Of a stretch of DNA of 64,000 bases, positions 59,822 to 64,000 are shown piece after piece. The number at the start of each line of letters is the position of its first letter. Positions within the stretch are counted from its first letter, which is position 1. Source of the stretch: a virus; the IMG/VR virus record IMGVR_UViG_3300017991_004311, positions 1 to 64,000 of that record; one strand, 5' to 3'. The position numbers were made by a program, and so were the translations under genes. The notes beneath the pieces are model-generated. The model worked only from the letters and a program-made list of their open reading frames with translations. It did no database searches and had not been told where the DNA came from.

Positions 59822-60328
59822 TTGATGATCATGTCGAAAAAGGGATCGGAGAGCCTCGTCAAGATCAAGGGTTTCTCCCGGGTGATGATCAGGAACAGCG
59901 ACGGGATCATTGCGGGGGATTCCGGGTGGACGGGGCCGAACACGGTGACGAACCTCGGTAAGCGTCAGTACCTGTGCATGGCGCTCGGGTCCGAGGTGGG
60001 GTCGAAGTATGTGCATTATGTCTCCCTGGGCGAGGGTTCGGAGCCTGCGGCTGCGGGGACCACTCTGGAGAGCGAGTGCTCGGGCACCGACAACGTGCCT
60101 CTGCGGAAGGCGGTCACGGCGGCGAGCAACGGGTCGACGGCGGAGCGGTTCACCGCCACCCTGGGATCGTCCGACAGTTTCGTGACGGCGACCGAGAACA
60201 TCGCGAACATCGGCCTGTTCGACGCGACGACCACGGATGCGACAATTTTTGCCGGAAACACGTTTGCATCAAGTTCGTGCGCGACGAACCAGGATGTCAA
60301 CGTCACCTATGACATAACCTTCACGTAG
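59822..60328 (+). CDS. Virion structural protein (fibre-base-like)
   Basis: NTVTNLG...LGEG..PAAAGTTLESE...IGLFD...VTYDITF. Confidence 0.6.
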   Translation: MMIMSKKGSESLVKIKGFSRVMIRNSDGIIAGDSGWTGPNTVTNLGKRQYLCMALGSEVGSKYVHYVSLGEGSEPAAAGTTLESECSGTDNVPLRKAVTAASNGSTAERFTATLGSSDSFVTATENIANIGLFDATTTDATIFAGNTFASSSCATNQDVNVTYDITFT

Positions 60329-60361
60329 GCCGGCGGGGGATGTTGACGGGCCCGGGAACTG

Positions 60362-60904
60362 GTGAAAGGAGCGAACGTGACGACCGAGATTGGCAAGCTA
60401 CTCAGGAACAAACGGGGCATACAGCTCGACGTGGGGTGTGGGAGGATCTCCCGGACGAACTTCGTCGGGATGGACAAGGACCCGGACGTCGGAGCCGATA
60501 TCGTGCACGACATGGAAATGTTCCCGTATCCCCTCCCGGACGGATGCTGTCTGACGATCGTGGCGAGTCACATCATGGAGCATATCAAGCCGTGGCTCAC
60601 CGTCGACGTGATGAACGAACTGTGGAGGATCGCGAAGCCGGAGGGGAGGCTGGCGATCTCGACCCCCTACGCGGGGAGCCACGGGTTCTGGCAGGACCCG
60701 ACGCACTGCAACGGGTTCAACGAGTCGACCTTCACTTATTTCGACCCGAGCTTCCCGTTCTGGCAGGTTTACCGTCCCAAGCCGTGGAAGATACTGAAGG
60801 GCTTCCCCGTGTGGCACGTGAACGGGAACATCGAGGCGGTGCTGGAGAAGGTCGCGGGGGAAGTGGTGGAGGCAACGGTGGAGGTGTCGCATGCCGAACC
60901 CTGA
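60362..60904 (+). CDS. Class I SAM-dependent methyltransferase
   Basis: LDVGCG, ASHIMEH, WRIAKPEG and WQDPTH motifs. Confidence 0.88.
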   Translation: MKGANVTTEIGKLLRNKRGIQLDVGCGRISRTNFVGMDKDPDVGADIVHDMEMFPYPLPDGCCLTIVASHIMEHIKPWLTVDVMNELWRIAKPEGRLAISTPYAGSHGFWQDPTHCNGFNESTFTYFDPSFPFWQVYRPKPWKILKGFPVWHVNGNIEAVLEKVAGEVVEATVEVSHAEP

Positions 60905-61697
60905 TCCGATCCAGAGGCAGCAGGTAACGAAGCGGTTCATGGTCGCGACCCCGGTGACGGGACTGGTGAGGATAGAGTGGGTGCACGGGAGGTACCATCA
61001 GGTGATCCCGTGCAACTGGAGCCAGGTGGAGATGTACGAGTTCGTGCGGACCGAGGCCCCCTACCGGTCTTTGGTGGCGGACGCGAGGAACATCGTCTGC
61101 CAGTCGTTCCTGGAGCAGGAGTTCGAGTGGCTGTTCTTCGTCGACCACGACGTGGTGCTCCACCCGACCACCATCGTGCAGTGGAACCGGAGGATGTTAG
61201 AGGGTGACATACCCGTATGGTGCGGGCTCTACTTCACCAAGAGCCGGCCGTCGGAGCCGCTGGTCTACCGGGGCAGGGGCAACGGGTTCTACAACCGGTG
61301 GAAACTTGGGGACCTGGTGTGGGTCGACGGCATCCCGATGGGTTGTACGGTGATCCACCGGTCGATCATCAGGACCATGTACGATGAGAGCGAGGAGTAC
61401 GAGGTGAAGCCGGGTATAAAGGTGCGCAGGGTGTTCACCAGCCCGCGCGACGCGTGGTTCGACCCGGACACGAACACGTTCAACACCAGCGGGGGGACCG
61501 AGGACCTGTGGTGGTGCACCCGGGTGATGAGGGACGGCATCTTCAGGAAGGCCGGGTGGCCCCAGTACCAGCGCAGGAAGTACCCGTTCCTCATCGACAC
61601 CAACGTGTTCTGCCGCCATATCGACTGGAGCGGGGTGCAGTACCCCGCGTTCGGGGAGGAGAAGGAGTTCACGCGCAGGGAGGCCACGCATGGATGA
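60891..61697 (+). CDS. GT-A fold (GT2-like) glycosyltransferase
   Basis: ARN, LFFVDHDV (DxD), GCTVIHR, TEDLWWC and CRH motifs. Confidence 0.85.
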   Translation: MPNPDPIQRQQVTKRFMVATPVTGLVRIEWVHGRYHQVIPCNWSQVEMYEFVRTEAPYRSLVADARNIVCQSFLEQEFEWLFFVDHDVVLHPTTIVQWNRRMLEGDIPVWCGLYFTKSRPSEPLVYRGRGNGFYNRWKLGDLVWVDGIPMGCTVIHRSIIRTMYDESEEYEVKPGIKVRRVFTSPRDAWFDPDTNTFNTSGGTEDLWWCTRVMRDGIFRKAGWPQYQRRKYPFLIDTNVFCRHIDWSGVQYPAFGEEKEFTRREATHG

Positions 61698-62043
61698 GAG
61701 GCTGAGGGCGATCCTGGCCCTCGCGTGCTTGAGGAGGGTCATGCGTTCGGGGATGCCTCCGCGCGGTCCCTCCGGGGGCGAGGTGCTCGATTTCGAGTAC
61801 CATGTCCGGGTCAACGCCCGCAACCTCGCCGATATCGCCGCCCTTTCGGAGCGGAAGGCTAAGGAGGTGCTCGCGGACGTCCGGGAGCTCCTGGGGAAGG
61901 ACACCCTGGAATGGTGGGGCCTGCCCCCGGTCTCCGACAGCCAGGCCGTGGGTGAGCGGGTGAGGATGGGCCTCGGGGTCGCGCCCCTGGCCAGGGACGG
62001 GGTCGGCATACGCGAGCGGATAGCGGTTGCGATGAAGAACTGA
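61690..62043 (+). CDS. Hypothetical protein
   Basis: Coupled ORF. Confidence 0.5.
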   Translation: MDERLRAILALACLRRVMRSGMPPRGPSGGEVLDFEYHVRVNARNLADIAALSERKAKEVLADVRELLGKDTLEWWGLPPVSDSQAVGERVRMGLGVAPLARDGVGIRERIAVAMKN

Positions 62044-62057
62044 GGGGCTGAGACGCC

Positions 62058-63650
62058 ATGAGCATCTCCGTATCGGAATCGGTAGTCCTGAAGCAGGGGC
62101 TTCCCGGTGTTTCGACCAGCGACGACTTGACCGTAGGGGAGTCCACCGTTGTCAGACTTGCTTCTCATGTCAACGTGTCCGATGGGGCTGCGGTAGGGGA
62201 GGCTGTCGTCAGCAGGCTTTTGCCCCCCGTGCCGGTGTCGGATGGGCTTACGATTGGCGAGGCGGTCGCAGCCGGTATCTCGGCGGGCAAGGGGAGCGCA
62301 AGCGACGGTTTGACCGTAGGTGAATCGGCGGTCCTGTCGCTCTCCACCATGGGGGCCGACGTCGACGACGGCTTGGCTGTCGGCGAATCCCTCTCCTCCA
62401 CGCTCATTCCCCTCATTGAGGTCTCCGACGGCCTGACTGCGGCGGAATCTGTTTCTGCTATTGCCAAGTTCAACGCTTCGGTTTCGGGCGGGGTAACCGT
62501 CGGAGAGTCCGTTGCCTTAGGGACGGGGGACCTTGTGGTCTCCATCTCCGATGGCCTCACGCTTGGCGAATCGGTCTCGTCGGTGGCGGGCGTCCCGGGG
62601 CAGAGCCTGTCGGACGGCCTTGCGTTGGGGGAGGCGGTCTCGACCGTCCTTATATCATTCATTGAAGTCTCCGACGGTCTCACCCTGGCGGAATCCCTTG
62701 TCTCCACGCTCGTTTCCCTGGTCTCGGTATCCGACGGTCTCACGCTCGGTGAGGCCGTGGACTCAGGAGTGTCGACGGCGGAGGTCGGCGTTTCCGATGG
62801 ATTGACGATTGCGGATTCCCCGGCCGCGCAACTCGCCGGATTGATCTCCATCCCCACCTCCGACGGCCTGACCGTGGGCGAGGCGGCGGTGCTCGGCATG
62901 AACACCGCCGGGATCAGCGTTTCCGACGGTTTGGCAGTGGCGGATTCGTCGGTAGCGGATGTGCAGTCGGCTACTGTGAGAGTTGTCTCGGTCTCCGACG
63001 GCACCACTGTAGGGGAATCGATTGACCGGGGGGCGGGTGCGCTTGGGATTTCCGTCTCCGACAGTGTAGCGATGGGAGAATCCCTGAACCGCGGGACGGG
63101 TGCGCTTGGAATCAGTGTCTCCGACGGGATTGCGATCGGGGAGTCGTCATCGGCCGATATTGCGGCACCGTCATCGCGTAGCGTGTCCATATCGGATGGC
63201 CTCACGCTCGGTGAGAGAGTGGGGGGGTGTCTCCATGCGCTCACTGGTGTCTCGGACGGGCTTGCCCTGGGCGATACCGCATCCGCGTCCGTTGGGGCCG
63301 GGATCAGCGTTTCCGATACGGTCACCGTCAGCGAAAGCGTAGATGCCTATATCACCGCCTATTTCCTCGGGGTGTCGGACGCGCTCACGATCGGGGAGAG
63401 CGCGCTAGGGGCGCTGGGATATTACGAGGTCTCGGTCTCGGACGCGCTCACGATCGGCGAGTCGGCCAGCGGGCTGAGCTACATATTCGTCAGGGCGTAC
63501 CTCTCCCTGCTGGAGGCGGAGGCGGGGATCTCCTTCTTGTCCGCCGCCGCGTCCCTGGAGAACAAGGGGGCTGAGGCGGAGACCGAACTCCTGACCGCGA
63601 GGGCGGCCACGGAGAACGAAGAGGCTGACGCGGAGGTCGAGTTCATTTGA
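62058..63650 (+). CDS. Ser/Thr/Val-rich repetitive fibre-like protein
   Basis: About 22 copies of VSDGLT(V/L/I)GES spaced 21-25 aa apart. Confidence 0.75.
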   Translation: MSISVSESVVLKQGLPGVSTSDDLTVGESTVVRLASHVNVSDGAAVGEAVVSRLLPPVPVSDGLTIGEAVAAGISAGKGSASDGLTVGESAVLSLSTMGADVDDGLAVGESLSSTLIPLIEVSDGLTAAESVSAIAKFNASVSGGVTVGESVALGTGDLVVSISDGLTLGESVSSVAGVPGQSLSDGLALGEAVSTVLISFIEVSDGLTLAESLVSTLVSLVSVSDGLTLGEAVDSGVSTAEVGVSDGLTIADSPAAQLAGLISIPTSDGLTVGEAAVLGMNTAGISVSDGLAVADSSVADVQSATVRVVSVSDGTTVGESIDRGAGALGISVSDSVAMGESLNRGTGALGISVSDGIAIGESSSADIAAPSSRSVSISDGLTLGERVGGCLHALTGVSDGLALGDTASASVGAGISVSDTVTVSESVDAYITAYFLGVSDALTIGESALGALGYYEVSVSDALTIGESASGLSYIFVRAYLSLLEAEAGISFLSAAASLENKGAEAETELLTARAATENEEADAEVEFI

Positions 63651-63952
63651 GATCATTCGAGCGCGGTTCGACGATACGGTTCAAGGTGACGTTCGAGAAC
63701 ACATCGGGTACGGCGACGGACCCGATCGACAACAAGGCGTATTGCACGGTGGTTGACCCTTCGGGGACGAAACAGCTCGATTATCAGCTAGGGACGCGCA
63801 GCACGACGGGGGTCTACTACTACGATTACACCGTCACCACCTCGAAATCGTTGGGGATATGGAAGGTCGAGTGGGAAGCGGCGGTCGGGACGCTCACCTC
63901 GATCGGGCGCGAGCAGTTCAGGGTCGTCCACACTGAACCGGGGACGTCGTAG
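63647..63952 (+). CDS. Ig-like/BppU-N-like virion protein
   Basis: GSTIRFKVTF...DP...TGVYYYDY...G.W.VEW. Confidence 0.6.
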   Translation: MRSFERGSTIRFKVTFENTSGTATDPIDNKAYCTVVDPSGTKQLDYQLGTRSTTGVYYYDYTVTTSKSLGIWKVEWEAAVGTLTSIGREQFRVVHTEPGTS

Positions 63953-64000
63953 GTGGCATCATGAGCGAACTGTTCAACTGGGACCGGGCGGTCAGGATCG

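Noticed and set aside
1-64000. Integrase, att sites, transposase, inteins
   Set aside because: No recombinase or transposase motifs were recognised; DnaE, helicases, RecA and TerL show no intein-sized insertions. An integrase could lie outside the window.

Overview
This window is 64 kb of a tailed dsDNA phage (Caudoviricetes), with essentially every credible gene on the + strand. Gene order: tape measure (5'-truncated, 41-aa tandem repeats) and tail/adhesin genes; lysis cassette with a SleB-like hydrolase; an accessory region with a C5 DNA methyltransferase; an autonomous replication/recombination module (UvsW-like helicase, DnaB-like helicase, primase, sigma factor, ParB, DnaE fused to uracil-DNA glycosylase, UvsY-like, gp32-like SSB, RecA, resolvase, SbcCD); a ParB-N/Dcm/Vsr cassette; TerS and a split TerL; portal; a MuF protein with an ADP-ribosyltransferase-like tail; a Ro60/TROVE locus; a ClpP plus T4-gp21-type double protease, scaffold, capsid and head-completion genes; and a glycosyltransferase/methyltransferase/fibre block. 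No integrase, CRISPR array or reverse transcriptase is visible. The tail-first, head-last order suggests most of a circularly permuted genome (inference). The most unusual content is non-coding. (1) A Ro60/Rsr gene is preceded by two putative Y RNAs, one of which looks like a complete tRNA (with CCA) carrying a circularly permuted copy of the other's stem. (2) Two related tRNA-like RNAs carry large inserts, one apparently nesting a second tRNA-like unit. (3) There are several families of repeated cis-elements: DnaA-box palindromes, promoter cassettes, a TATTAC-N3-GTAATA palindrome and direct repeats around the helicase. All calls come from reading motifs by eye; no database searches or folding were run.
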